The notes under the pieces were generated by a model, which did no database searches, was not told the DNA's origin, and worked only from the letters and a program-made list of their open reading frames with translations. Positions 18,603 to 27,808 of a DNA stretch of 64,000 bases are shown one piece after another. The first letter of the stretch is position 1. Every line of letters begins with the position of its first letter. The translations under genes were made by a program, and so were the position numbers. Origin of the DNA: an uncultured Actinomycetes bacterium (lineage in GTDB: Bacteria; Actinomycetota; UBA4738; HRBIN12); NCBI GenBank assembly GCA_963706005.1, contig CAVPLL010000002.1:150148-214147 (forward strand), read 5' to 3'.

Positions 18603-19529
18603 CTACTCCAGGCCCGCTCCCAGACCCTTCGACGCGAGCCAGTCCGACGCGATCGCGACCGGGTCGGCGCCCCTGGCCACCGCGGCGTTCAGCGAACGGA
18701 GCAGGTCGGTGGAGAGCAACGCCGAGACGGCGTTCACGCGCTCGGCGAGCCCGGGCCCGAACCGCGCGAGCGCGTCGGACCGGATGATCGGTGTGACGTT
18801 CTCAGCCGGCTGGAGGCCGAGGTCGTCTCGGAGCAGGACGAAATCGTTCAGCTCGATCGAGCCGTCGCTCGTGAACAACAGCCCGACGTCGATGGTTCCC
18901 TCGGCGAGGGCGGCGACCGTGCGTGGCCCGCCCGCGTCGAGGTTGGACAGGACGTTCCCGAAGACGATCCCGTACCGGCGCGCGAGGCCGGGGAGGCAGA
19001 ACGGGCGCGTGGTGCACTCGGGCGGTCCTCCGAAGACCAGCTGGTGCGATACGGCCGCCAGGTCGCTCAGCGTCCGCAGCCCGTAGCGGTCGGCCGTCTC
19101 CGTCGTGACCGCGAACCCGTTCTGATCCTCGGCGGGCGACGCGGCGAGAGCCGTGACGTCGAGCTCCGTCAACCGGTCGGCGAAGATCCCGTAGTCGGCC
19201 TCGAGGTCCGACGAGGTCGCCCCCGATCCCGCGAGGAACTGGAGGCCGCTGCCCGCGTACTCCGGGACGAACTCGACGAGCCCGCCGACGAGCGCCGGCA
19301 TCACGAGCTCACGGGGTCCGAGCGCGATCTCGCGCCGGACGCGGTACCCGGCTGCCTCCATGGCCTGCGCGTAGATCTCGGCCAGCAGGACGCTCTCGGG
19401 GAAGTTGAACGAGGCGACGGTGACGGCGTCGTCTCCGCGCGCGTCGCCCGCGGGTCGGTCGGACCCGACGCACGCGGACAGGACGAGCGGGACGGCCAGG
19501 ATGAGCGCGATCGAACGGCCGGCACGCAC
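18603..19529 (-). CDS. Glycine-betaine/osmoprotectant ABC-transporter substrate-binding lipoprotein (OpuAC family)
   Basis: Lipobox PLVLSAC. FNFPESVLLAEIYAQAMEAAGY and GLVEFVPEYAGS are typical of OpuAC-type binding proteins. No permease or ATPase gene is adjacent. Confidence 0.75.
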   Translation of the reverse strand: MRAGRSIALILAVPLVLSACVGSDRPAGDARGDDAVTVASFNFPESVLLAEIYAQAMEAAGYRVRREIALGPRELVMPALVGGLVEFVPEYAGSGLQFLAGSGATSSDLEADYGIFADRLTELDVTALAASPAEDQNGFAVTTETADRYGLRTLSDLAAVSHQLVFGGPPECTTRPFCLPGLARRYGIVFGNVLSNLDAGGPRTVAALAEGTIDVGLLFTSDGSIELNDFVLLRDDLGLQPAENVTPIIRSDALARFGPGLAERVNAVSALLSTDLLRSLNAAVARGADPVAIASDWLASKGLGAGLE

Positions 19530-19593
19530 GGGACAAGCCTAGGACAAGCGGGACGGGCCGTCGTGGGATGATGCCTCCCTGCGGAGGAGCGCG

Positions 19594-20466
19594 ATGGCGA
19601 CCAACACGGAACGAGCGGAAGGCGGCAAGCACGGGTCCAGGCACGGCGGGCACCGCGATGCGGAGGACCGCTCGAGCAAGCTCTCGAAGAAGATCTACGA
19701 GAAGGAACTCCGGCGGCTCCAGGAGGAGCTCGTCAAGATGGAGGACTGGGTCTCCGCCTCGGGGGCGAGGATCGTCGTCATCTTCGAGGGGCGGGACGCG
19801 GCCGGCAAGGGCGGCACGATCAAGCGCATCACCCAGTACACGAACCCGCGCGTCACCCGCATCGCGGCGCTCCCCAAGCCCACGGAGCGCGAACGCACGC
19901 AGTGGTACTTCCAGCGGTACATCGCCAACCTCCCGTCCGCCGGCGAGATCGTCCTGTTCGACCGCAGCTGGTACAACCGCGCGGGCGTCGAGAAGGTCCT
20001 CGGGTTCTGCACGCCGGACGAGCATCGGCGGTTCCTGCGGCAGGTCCCGATCTTCGAACGGCTGCTCATCGAGGACGGGATCGTCCTGGTGAAATACTGG
20101 TTCTCGGTGTCCGATGAGGAGCAGGAGCGTCGGTTCCGTTCGAGGATCGACGACCCGATGCGCCGCTGGAAGCTCTCGGAGACCGATCTGCTGTCCCGCT
20201 CCCACTGGGTCGACTTCTCCCGGGCGAAGGACGAGATGTTCGTCCACACCGACATCCCGGAGGCGCCCTGGTACGTGGTCGAGGCCGACGACAAGCCGAA
20301 GGCTCGCCTGAACTGCATCGCTCACCTCCTGTCGATGATCCCGTACGAGACGCGGGGCGCGGAGAAGATCAAGATGCCTCCGCGCCAGAGCGACGAGGGG
20401 TACGTGCGCCCGCCGCGCGACACGTACACGTACGTGCCGGACCACGCGCGAACGCTCCTCGAGTAG
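19594..20466 (+). CDS. ppk2: Polyphosphate kinase 2
   Basis: IVVIFEGRDAAGKGGTIKRI (Walker A), QWYFQRY, LFDRSWYNRAGVE. Confidence 0.9.
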   Translation: MATNTERAEGGKHGSRHGGHRDAEDRSSKLSKKIYEKELRRLQEELVKMEDWVSASGARIVVIFEGRDAAGKGGTIKRITQYTNPRVTRIAALPKPTERERTQWYFQRYIANLPSAGEIVLFDRSWYNRAGVEKVLGFCTPDEHRRFLRQVPIFERLLIEDGIVLVKYWFSVSDEEQERRFRSRIDDPMRRWKLSETDLLSRSHWVDFSRAKDEMFVHTDIPEAPWYVVEADDKPKARLNCIAHLLSMIPYETRGAEKIKMPPRQSDEGYVRPPRDTYTYVPDHARTLLE

Positions 20467-20497
20467 GCCCCTCGGACCGTCCGTTACCCTCCGAGCG

Positions 20498-21427
20498 ATG
20501 GAACGCCTGTACGGGCTCGAGGCCCTGCCGCTCTCGGTGGACCGAACGGTGGTCACGGTCGGATTCTTCGACGGCGTGCACCTCGGGCACCGCGCGGTCC
20601 TGGGTCGCACGGTCGAGACGGCCAAGGAACGAGGGCTGCCGTCGGTCGCGGTGACGTTCGATCGCCACCCGCGTGAGGTCCTCACGCCGGGCCGGGAGCC
20701 CCGTCTGATGACCACGGTCGAGCGTAAGGCCGCCCTCATCGAGGAGACGGGGATCGACACGCTGCTCGTGCTCGAGTTCACGGAGGGGTTCAGCCGATGG
20801 CCGGCGGACGCGTTCGTGACGCGCGTGCTCGTCGATGGGCTCCACGCCGGCCACTGCGCGATGGGCGCGAACTTCACGTTCGGTCACCGGGCGGCCGGGA
20901 CGGTCGAGATGCTGATCGCGACCGGCCCGTCGCACGGGTTCACGGCCGAGCGCGTGGAGCTGGTCGAGGTCGATGGCCGGCGGGTGTCGTCATCCTCCAT
21001 CCGTGACGCGCTCGTGCAAGGGGATCTCGAGTGGCCGCGCGTCGCGCTCGGCCGGCGGTTCGTCCTCGACGGGACGGTCGTGGGCGGCGCAGGCCGGGGC
21101 CACGGTCTCGGGTACCCGACCGCGAACCTGCGGACGGGACCCCGGCTGCTGTTGCCGGGCCGGGGGATCTACGCGGGTCGAGCGGTCATCGGGGGCGCTG
21201 CGCACGTGGCCGCGATCAGCGTCGGGACCAACCCCACGTTCGGCGTCGAGCCCCTGCACGTCGAGGCGTACCTGCTGGACTTCGACGGCGACGTCGTGGG
21301 GAGCGAGATCGCCGTCGAGTTCTGGGCCTACCTGCGCGATGAGGCGCGCTTCGACACCGCCGATGAGCTGTCGGCGGCGATCGGCGAGGACGTGCGCCGG
21401 ACCCGCGACCTCGTAGCGGGGACGTGA
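20498..21427 (+). CDS. ribF: Bifunctional riboflavin kinase / FMN adenylyltransferase
   Basis: VVTVGFFDGVHLGHRAVL, SSSIRDAL, and a C-terminal kinase domain with GYPTANL..PTFG. Confidence 0.9.
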   Translation: MERLYGLEALPLSVDRTVVTVGFFDGVHLGHRAVLGRTVETAKERGLPSVAVTFDRHPREVLTPGREPRLMTTVERKAALIEETGIDTLLVLEFTEGFSRWPADAFVTRVLVDGLHAGHCAMGANFTFGHRAAGTVEMLIATGPSHGFTAERVELVEVDGRRVSSSSIRDALVQGDLEWPRVALGRRFVLDGTVVGGAGRGHGLGYPTANLRTGPRLLLPGRGIYAGRAVIGGAAHVAAISVGTNPTFGVEPLHVEAYLLDFDGDVVGSEIAVEFWAYLRDEARFDTADELSAAIGEDVRRTRDLVAGT

Positions 21428-21440
21428 GAGGCTCACGTCG

Positions 21441-22520
21441 ATGACCTCGCGCCACGCCCGCCGCTCGCGCGTCCCGTTCGGCCTCCTCCTGGTCGCGCTC
21501 GGGATCGCGGTGGGGATCCTGGCGTACCTCGTCGGGGGTGCCGACGGGGGGGCCGGTTCGGTGGGCGCGTCTCCCCGGGCCGCCGGAGCGACGTCGGGCG
21601 TTCGAGCCTCGAAGACCATGGACGGCGTCACCACCCCGGAGCCCTCACCCAGCCCGAGCGCCGAACCGAAGCGCACGCTGGTCATCCACGGCACGGGGGA
21701 CGTGAGCCTGGACCCGAGCTACATCCCGGCCCTCGCCTCCAACGGGTACGGCTGGGCCTGGAGCGGGCTCGACGGCCTGTTCCGGCACGACGACCTCACG
21801 GTCATCAACCACGAGTGCCCCTCCACCGACATCGTCGCCCCGCTCGACAAGCAGTTCGTGTTCCGCTGCGACCCGGACGCGCTCGACGAGGCGCACCGGG
21901 CGGGCGTCGACGTCGCGAACCTGGCGAACAACCACGGGTTCGATCAGGGCCCGCAGGGCCTGCTCGATTCGATCCGGAACCTGAAACGCGCCGATATCGT
22001 CCCGATCGGTGCGGGCGCCTCCCAAGACGAGGCGGACGCCCCCGCGTACGTCGAGGTGAAGGGGTGGACGATCGGCCTCGTGGGCGTCGGCGAGGTCACC
22101 GATCCGGACTCCCAGGTGGCGGTCGGCGACGAGATCGGGACCTCGGTGGGACACGACTTCTCCCGCGCCCTCCGGGCGATCCGCGAGGCGAACGCGAACG
22201 CCGATCTCGTGATCGTCATGATCCACTGGGGCGTCGAGCTCGACACGCAGCCGCGTGACTACCAGGTCGACGAGGCGCACCGCATGATCGACGCGGGTGC
22301 GGACGTGATCTTCGGCTCGCACGCTCACCGTCTCCAGCCGATGGACACGTTCCAGGGCAGGCCGATCTTCTACGGGCTCGGCAACTTCGTGTGGCCCCGT
22401 TTCTCGGCGGAGGGCTCGACGACCGCCGTGGCCGAGGTGGTGGTCCGGCCCGACGGGACGCTCGTCGGCCGGCTCCTGCCCGCGACGATCGTCTCGGACG
22501 GACATCCGGTCCTGGATTAG
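21441..22520 (+). CDS. CapA-family (PGA_cap) metallophosphatase-like membrane-anchored protein
   Basis: N-terminal TM helix. HGTGDV, NNHGFDQG, MIHWGVE, SHAHRLQP, GLGNFVW. Confidence 0.8.
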   Translation: MTSRHARRSRVPFGLLLVALGIAVGILAYLVGGADGGAGSVGASPRAAGATSGVRASKTMDGVTTPEPSPSPSAEPKRTLVIHGTGDVSLDPSYIPALASNGYGWAWSGLDGLFRHDDLTVINHECPSTDIVAPLDKQFVFRCDPDALDEAHRAGVDVANLANNHGFDQGPQGLLDSIRNLKRADIVPIGAGASQDEADAPAYVEVKGWTIGLVGVGEVTDPDSQVAVGDEIGTSVGHDFSRALRAIREANANADLVIVMIHWGVELDTQPRDYQVDEAHRMIDAGADVIFGSHAHRLQPMDTFQGRPIFYGLGNFVWPRFSAEGSTTAVAEVVVRPDGTLVGRLLPATIVSDGHPVLD

Positions 22521-22597
22521 GGCGGGCGACGGCCCGCCGTTCGGCCGTGACGGGTATCACCCCCATTTGACCGGGCGATGGTGGTACAAAGACCGGC

Positions 22598-24319
22598 GTG
22601 ACGACGGGGATCGGCATCGGGAGCACCATCGGCGGCTACACCCTCGAATCCGTCTTGGGGCGCGGAGGGATGAGCGTCGTCTACGTCGCCGAGGATGCCA
22701 AGCTCGGCCGCAAGGTGGCTCTCAAGGTCATGTCGGAGGAGCTCTCTGAGAACGAGGCCTTCCGATCCCGGTTCGTCCGAGAGGCCAAGATGGCCGCCAA
22801 CCTGGAGCACCCGAGCATCGTCCCCGTCTACGACGCCGGAGAGGCCGACGGCGTCCTCTACCTGGCCATGCGGGTGATCCGTGGCACCGACCTGCGGCGC
22901 GTCGTCACCGACGAGGGGCCGATGGATGCCGAGCGGACGATGGCGATCATGCGCCAGGTCGCGAGCGCCCTCGACACGGCCCATCGCGCCGGACTGGTCC
23001 ACCGCGACGTGAAGCCGGCGAACATCCTGTTGTCGAAGGTCGGCGACGAGGAGCACGCGTACCTGAGCGACTTCGGGCTCACCAAGCACGTGTCGTCCAG
23101 GAGCGGGCTGACCAAGACCGGGACCTTCATGGGGACGATCGACTACGTTGCGCCGGAACAGATCCGCGGCAACGAGGTCGACGGGCGCACCGACCTGTAC
23201 TCGCTCGGATGCGTGCTCTACGAATGTCTGGCCGGCGAGGTGCCGTTCGCCAAGGACCAGGACGTGGCCATCTTGTTCGCGCACCTCGAGGACACGCCGC
23301 CCCGCGTGTCCGCGAAACGTCCGGATCTGCCGGAGGCCTTGGACGCCGTGCTTGTCCGGGCCATGGCGAAAGAACGGGACGACCGGTTCGATACCTGCAT
23401 GGCGTTCGTAGCGTCGGCGCGCGAGGCGTTGGTGCTCGCCCCCGCCACCGGACCGGCCCCAACCGTCGCCGCTGCCCCTCCGACCGTGGCCGCGGCCCCG
23501 CCCACGGCCGCCGCCGCCTCGCCGGTCATCGAAGCGGCACCGACCGAGACCGGCCAGGGTCTCGAGCCGCATCCGTCCTTCCCACCGGTGGACGATCCGT
23601 CGGTCGCCCCCGCGGCCGCCGCGCTGGCGGTCGGGGCGAGCGTGGAGGCCGCTCCCTCTCCTGTTTCGTTGCCGCCCGCCGAGCCGCCCTCGAGGGTCGA
23701 CGTTCCGGCACCGCCGGAGATCGCGAAACCCCCGGCCGCACCGGTCGGCGCGGCGGTCCCGACACCAGGCCGGCCAGAGCGAGGACGGAGGCGGATGCTC
23801 GTGATCGTGGCGGTCGTGGCGGCGCTGGCTGTGATCGGTTCGGTGGCTGCGGTCGCCCTGTCCCGGGGAGGGGAGACGCCGGCCCCCGACGCGAGTCCGA
23901 GCACGGCGCCCACCCAGGCGTCCTCACCCTCACAGACCCCGAGTCCCAGCGTGCAGGTCGAGGTTCCGCCACCCGTCCGGGCGCCGATCAACCCCCGGGC
24001 GACCGACGTCACCTCGGACTCGGTGACGATCACGTGGAGCGCCGCTCCCAACGGATCGGAGGCGGTGCGGTTCTTGGTGTTCCGCGACAACGACCAGATC
24101 CGGGGGGTGACGAAGACGACGTTCGTCGACCGCAACGTCGATCCCTCGACCACCTACGTCTACCGGATCGTCGCCGTCGGCGAGGACGGCTCGCAGGCCC
24201 GCTCGGAGCCCGTGTCCGTCACGACGCCCGCGGCGCCCTCGTCCGGCGGCTCGAGCGGCGGGTCTTCGGGCGGTTCGAGCGGTTGTTCGGTCGCGGACTT
24301 CCTTGCAGGTCTGTGTTAA
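22598..24319 (+). CDS. Receptor Ser/Thr protein kinase (Hanks type): kinase, Pro/Ala linker, TM helix, extracellular FN3 domain, (SSGG)n tail ending C-X9-C
   Basis: LGRGGMSVVY, VALK, HRDVKPANILL, DFGLTK, GTIDYVAPEQ. TM helix MLVIVAVVAALAVIGSVAAVAL. FN3-like segment DVTSDSVTITWSAA..YVYRIVAVGEDG. Confidence 0.85.
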   Translation: MTTGIGIGSTIGGYTLESVLGRGGMSVVYVAEDAKLGRKVALKVMSEELSENEAFRSRFVREAKMAANLEHPSIVPVYDAGEADGVLYLAMRVIRGTDLRRVVTDEGPMDAERTMAIMRQVASALDTAHRAGLVHRDVKPANILLSKVGDEEHAYLSDFGLTKHVSSRSGLTKTGTFMGTIDYVAPEQIRGNEVDGRTDLYSLGCVLYECLAGEVPFAKDQDVAILFAHLEDTPPRVSAKRPDLPEALDAVLVRAMAKERDDRFDTCMAFVASAREALVLAPATGPAPTVAAAPPTVAAAPPTAAAASPVIEAAPTETGQGLEPHPSFPPVDDPSVAPAAAALAVGASVEAAPSPVSLPPAEPPSRVDVPAPPEIAKPPAAPVGAAVPTPGRPERGRRRMLVIVAVVAALAVIGSVAAVALSRGGETPAPDASPSTAPTQASSPSQTPSPSVQVEVPPPVRAPINPRATDVTSDSVTITWSAAPNGSEAVRFLVFRDNDQIRGVTKTTFVDRNVDPSTTYVYRIVAVGEDGSQARSEPVSVTTPAAPSSGGSSGGSSGGSSGCSVADFLAGLC

Positions 24320-24383
24320 CCGCGTTCAGGCGCCCGCCGGACGCCAAGCGAGAGGTGGATCCGTCCACCGAGGAGGGAGACCC

Positions 24384-24890
24384 ATGAAGAGGATCGCGGT
24401 GTTCCTGGCCGTCGTGAGCCTGTTCGTATTCGGGTTCGGGTTCGGCGTCAACGCGCAGTCGCCGAGACAACCGTCTCAGGCCTCCGCGCGGGTGCAACGT
24501 ACGTCAGAGGTCAACGACCGGGTCCTGAGGCAGCTGAAGAAGGTCAGGGCCATGGCCCCCAACGTCACCCTGTGCGCGAACGTCACCGCGAACTCCGATG
24601 TCAGCAAGCTGATCGACTGCCTGAATCGCGTGACCAAGTTCGCGAAGTCCACCCAGCAGGAGCTCACCGCGCTGGACAAGTTCGTCAACAGGTTCTTCAA
24701 CTGCACGAGCTACACGCAGCTCACCCAGTACGGAGACCTCGCTGCTGGATCGGGGTACGTGTACGACCCCGGGACGGGGGTGACCTTCAAGACCACGGCC
24801 CTCGATCTCACGGAGAACCTGCAGACGGATGCGTTCCTGAACTACTACGTGGTGCGGCCCACCACCGCCTGCCTGTCGTTCGCGCAATGA
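24384..24890 (+). CDS. Small secreted 4-Cys protein of unknown function (168 aa)
   Basis: SD GGAGGGAG lies before ATG 24384. Signal peptide MKRIAVFLAVVSLFVFGFGFGVNA. Composition is rich in K/N/Q/T. GC is about 58-67% in three 60-nt lines I counted, against about 70+% in flanking genes. Confidence 0.6.
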   Translation: MKRIAVFLAVVSLFVFGFGFGVNAQSPRQPSQASARVQRTSEVNDRVLRQLKKVRAMAPNVTLCANVTANSDVSKLIDCLNRVTKFAKSTQQELTALDKFVNRFFNCTSYTQLTQYGDLAAGSGYVYDPGTGVTFKTTALDLTENLQTDAFLNYYVVRPTTACLSFAQ

Positions 24891-24926
24891 CCTGAGCGGC
24901 ATAGGGTCGCCCCGCGGTCCGATGTT

Positions 24927-24960
24927 GAGCGAGACCCCGGATCCGTCCGGGGTCTCGCTC
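24927..24960 (+). terminator. Perfect 15-bp hairpin downstream of the small secreted-protein gene
   Basis: GAGCGAGACCCCGGA (24927-24941), loop TCCG, TCCGGGGTCTCGCTC (24946-24960). There is no clean T-tract. Confidence 0.6.
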
Positions 24961-24988
24961 CGTTCGAGGTTCTGATACAACCCTGCCC

Positions 24989-27292
24989 GTGACCGCGCCG
25001 CTCGCCCCAGGGAGCACCTTCGGCATCTACCGGATCGAGTCCCAACTCGGCCGGGGTGGCATGAGCGTCGTCTACCTCGCGGAGGACCCGAGGCTCGCCC
25101 GGCGCGTCGCGATCAAGGTGCTCGACCCGGACCTGGCCGAGGATTCGTCGTTCCGCAACCGGTTCATCCGCGAGTCCCAGCTGGCCGCCGGCCTCGACCA
25201 TCCGAACATCGTGCCCGTGTACGAGGCGGGCGAGATCGACGGGCAGCTGTTCATCGCGATGCGCTACGTCCAGGGCAGCGACCTGCGGACGCTCATCTCG
25301 CGGGAGGGCAGACTCGAACCCGAGCGCACCGCCTCCCTGATCCGGCCGGTCGCGGGAGCGCTCGACGCGGCCCATCGCAGAGGGCTGGTCCACCGCGACG
25401 TGAAACCCGCGAACGTCCTCATCGCGCTCGACGAGGGTGAGGAGCATCCGTACCTGGCCGACTTCGGGTTGACCAAGCACACGGCGTCCAAGAGCGGGCT
25501 CACCAGGACGGGCACGTTCATGGGAACGGTGGACTACGTCGCCCCCGAGCAGATCCAGGGTGAAGAGGTCGACGGACGGACCGACGAGTACTCGCTCGCC
25601 TGCGTCCTTTACCAGTGCCTGACCGGGCTACCGCCGTTCGACAAGGGAACCGATGTGGCGACCCTGTTCGCGCACCTGCAGGACCCGCTGCCGAAGGTCT
25701 CCACGCGTCGGCCCGATCTTCCCGCCGACCTCGACGACGTCCTGGCCCGCGGGATGGCCAAGGATCGCGCCGATCGGCATCCGACCTGCACGGCCATGAT
25801 GGATGAGTTCGCCCACACGCTCGGGATCCGCGTGCCCCCCCACGCCGCGCCGGCCATCGACCCCACCGTCGTCGCCGGTCCGGCGCAGCCCAGCTCTGGG
25901 CCGTTGCTGCCGCCGGCGCCCCAGGGCGCGACCGAGAGCCCACCCGCCGTGTCGCCGACGACGGCCGCCGGCGGCGCCACCGAGCAGCAACCGATCGGCG
26001 TGGCTCCGGGGCGTCCGAACCGCGGACGTCTGGCCGCGATCGTGGGCGCGGTGGTGCTCGCGATCGCGGCGATCGGCGTGGTCGTCGTTCTCATGGGCGG
26101 TGGCGCCGAGCCGGAGCCCCAGTCGGGACCGCCCGAACCGACCGGCCCCTCGCCGCCGACGACGGTCTCCAACACGGACCCGATCGCGATCCCCAAGGTG
26201 GGAGCCGGCACCCCGTACCCTTCGACCATCGATGTTTCGGATCTCCGAGGCGTCGTGACCGACGTGAACGTCACGATCAACGGTCTGAGCCACACCTTCC
26301 CCCGCGATCTGCAGATCCTCCTCGTCGGGCCGACGGGGCAGTCCGTGGCGCTCATGGAGCGCGTGGGGGGCCGCGGAGGCGTGCAGGATCTCTCGGTCAC
26401 GTTCGACGACCAAGGGGTGGCACTGAGGTCGAACACCTCGATCACGTCCGGGACGTTCGAACCGAGCTCCAAGAGCGCTGACCTCGGCTTCACCTATCCG
26501 CCTCCCGCTCCCAGCCCGCCCCATGGAGGGTCGCTCGCGCTGTTCAACGGCACCGATCCGAACGGCACCTGGGAGCTCTACGTCGTGGATCACGCCCGAC
26601 ACGACCAGGGGCAGATCGCCGGTGGCTGGAGCCTCGATCTGGTGCTGGGAGACGCCACCACAGGAACGACCGCCGCGACCGGCGCCACCGGTGCGACCGC
26701 CGCGACCGCCGCCACCGGTGAAGGTGTGATCTTCCGAGACGACTTCTCCGATCCGACCTCAGGCTGGGATGTGTTCGAGAGCCCGCGTGAGCACGGGCTG
26801 TACAGAGACGGGACGTACGTCCTGGGCGCCAAGGCGGGCTTCCACGTGACGGGCGATTTCAACACCTCGACGCAGGAGCTCTCGACGCTGGGCGACGTTC
26901 GCGTGGAGGTGACGGCGCATCTCCTCGGGTCTCCCGATGCGCTGTACGGAGTCGTGTGCCGGGCGGCGACCCCCGACTCCTACTACTACTTCCTGATCCA
27001 GGGCGACGGCAGCTACTTCATCGGTGAGCAGGCCGGGGAGTCCTTCGAGGACTTCGATAGTGGGGTGAGCCCGGCGGTCTCCCATGGGAACGCGCTGAAC
27101 CGGATCGCGATCGAGTGTGTCGACGGCCCGGAGGGCGTCACGCTCCGGCTATCGGTGAACGACATCGCCGTGAACACCGTTGTCGATTCGGACCAACCCC
27201 TCCGGGCGGGAGCAACCGGGTTCCGGGCGGAGTCGCGTCGGGCCGACATGGAGGTGGCCTTCGACGATTTCGTCGTGAGCGCTCCGGCCTGA
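24989..27292 (+). CDS. Receptor Ser/Thr protein kinase: kinase, TM helix, proprotein-convertase P-domain, Thr/Ala/Gly linker, C-terminal jelly-roll (LamG/DUF1080-like) domain
   Basis: LGRGGMSVVY, VAIK, HRDVKPANVLI, DFGLTK, GTVDYVAPEQ. TM helix LAAIVGAVVLAIAAIGVVVVLM. P-domain signature DVNVTINGLSHTFPRDLQILLVGPTGQS..GTWELYVVDHARHDQGQIAGGWSLDL. Confidence 0.85.
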   Translation: MTAPLAPGSTFGIYRIESQLGRGGMSVVYLAEDPRLARRVAIKVLDPDLAEDSSFRNRFIRESQLAAGLDHPNIVPVYEAGEIDGQLFIAMRYVQGSDLRTLISREGRLEPERTASLIRPVAGALDAAHRRGLVHRDVKPANVLIALDEGEEHPYLADFGLTKHTASKSGLTRTGTFMGTVDYVAPEQIQGEEVDGRTDEYSLACVLYQCLTGLPPFDKGTDVATLFAHLQDPLPKVSTRRPDLPADLDDVLARGMAKDRADRHPTCTAMMDEFAHTLGIRVPPHAAPAIDPTVVAGPAQPSSGPLLPPAPQGATESPPAVSPTTAAGGATEQQPIGVAPGRPNRGRLAAIVGAVVLAIAAIGVVVVLMGGGAEPEPQSGPPEPTGPSPPTTVSNTDPIAIPKVGAGTPYPSTIDVSDLRGVVTDVNVTINGLSHTFPRDLQILLVGPTGQSVALMERVGGRGGVQDLSVTFDDQGVALRSNTSITSGTFEPSSKSADLGFTYPPPAPSPPHGGSLALFNGTDPNGTWELYVVDHARHDQGQIAGGWSLDLVLGDATTGTTAATGATGATAATAATGEGVIFRDDFSDPTSGWDVFESPREHGLYRDGTYVLGAKAGFHVTGDFNTSTQELSTLGDVRVEVTAHLLGSPDALYGVVCRAATPDSYYYFLIQGDGSYFIGEQAGESFEDFDSGVSPAVSHGNALNRIAIECVDGPEGVTLRLSVNDIAVNTVVDSDQPLRAGATGFRAESRRADMEVAFDDFVVSAPA

Positions 27293-27351
27293 TGCGGAAG
27301 AGAGCCCTGACCAGGGGTTACGCACGACACGTCTGGTAGCCTTGGCGACGT

Positions 27352-27621
27352 ATGACGCTCACGAAGACCCAGAAGTCCGAGATCATCACGGAGCACCGGC
27401 GTTCCGACGCGGACACCGGTTCGACCGAGGTCCAGATCGCCGTGCTCAGCAGGCGGATCGCCGATCTCACGCAGCATCTGAAGTCCCACGCCAAGGACCA
27501 CGCGTCCAGGCGCGGGCTGCTGATGCTGGTGGGCCGTCGGCGTCGTCTCCTGGAGTACCTCCGGCGAGAGGACATCGATCGCTACCGAGAGATCGTGGCG
27601 AAGCTCGGCCTTCGCCGGTAG
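27352..27621 (+). CDS. rpsO: 30S ribosomal protein S15
   Basis: 89 aa. [50 protein letters not shown]. Confidence 0.95.
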   Translation: MTLTKTQKSEIITEHRRSDADTGSTEVQIAVLSRRIADLTQHLKSHAKDHASRRGLLMLVGRRRRLLEYLRREDIDRYREIVAKLGLRR

Positions 27622-27626
27622 ACCGA

Positions 27627-27808
27627 GAGGCGCCCCCTGGGGCGCCTCCTCCGTAGGGGGGATGCGAAGGGATCACACACCGGAACCGGAGGCGGGCGTT
27701 CCCCGCGGTCGGTTCTCAGTAGCGAGCCGCCGATCGCGATCGGCGGTTCACCACTGACAACCGGCCCGGCTCCGCCTCCATCAGCCGCGCGGCGCGACCG
27801 CGCCGCGC
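27627..27808 (+). promoter_or_regulatory. Structured rpsO-pnp intergenic leader (rpsO terminator hairpin plus at least three more GC hairpins)
   Basis: GAGGCGCCCC/GGGGCGCCTC (27627-27648). GAACCG..CGGTTC enclosing GCGGG/CCCGC (27683-27715). Palindrome CCGCCGATCG/CGATCGGCGG (27727-27746). GCGCGGCGCG-AC-CGCGCCGCGC (27787-27808). SD AAGGAGG at 27817-27823. Confidence 0.5.

Noticed and set aside
22567-22590. TTGACC ... TACAAA as the promoter of the first kinase gene.
   Set aside because: The spacer is only 12 nt, incompatible with a sigma-70-type promoter. It is left unannotated.
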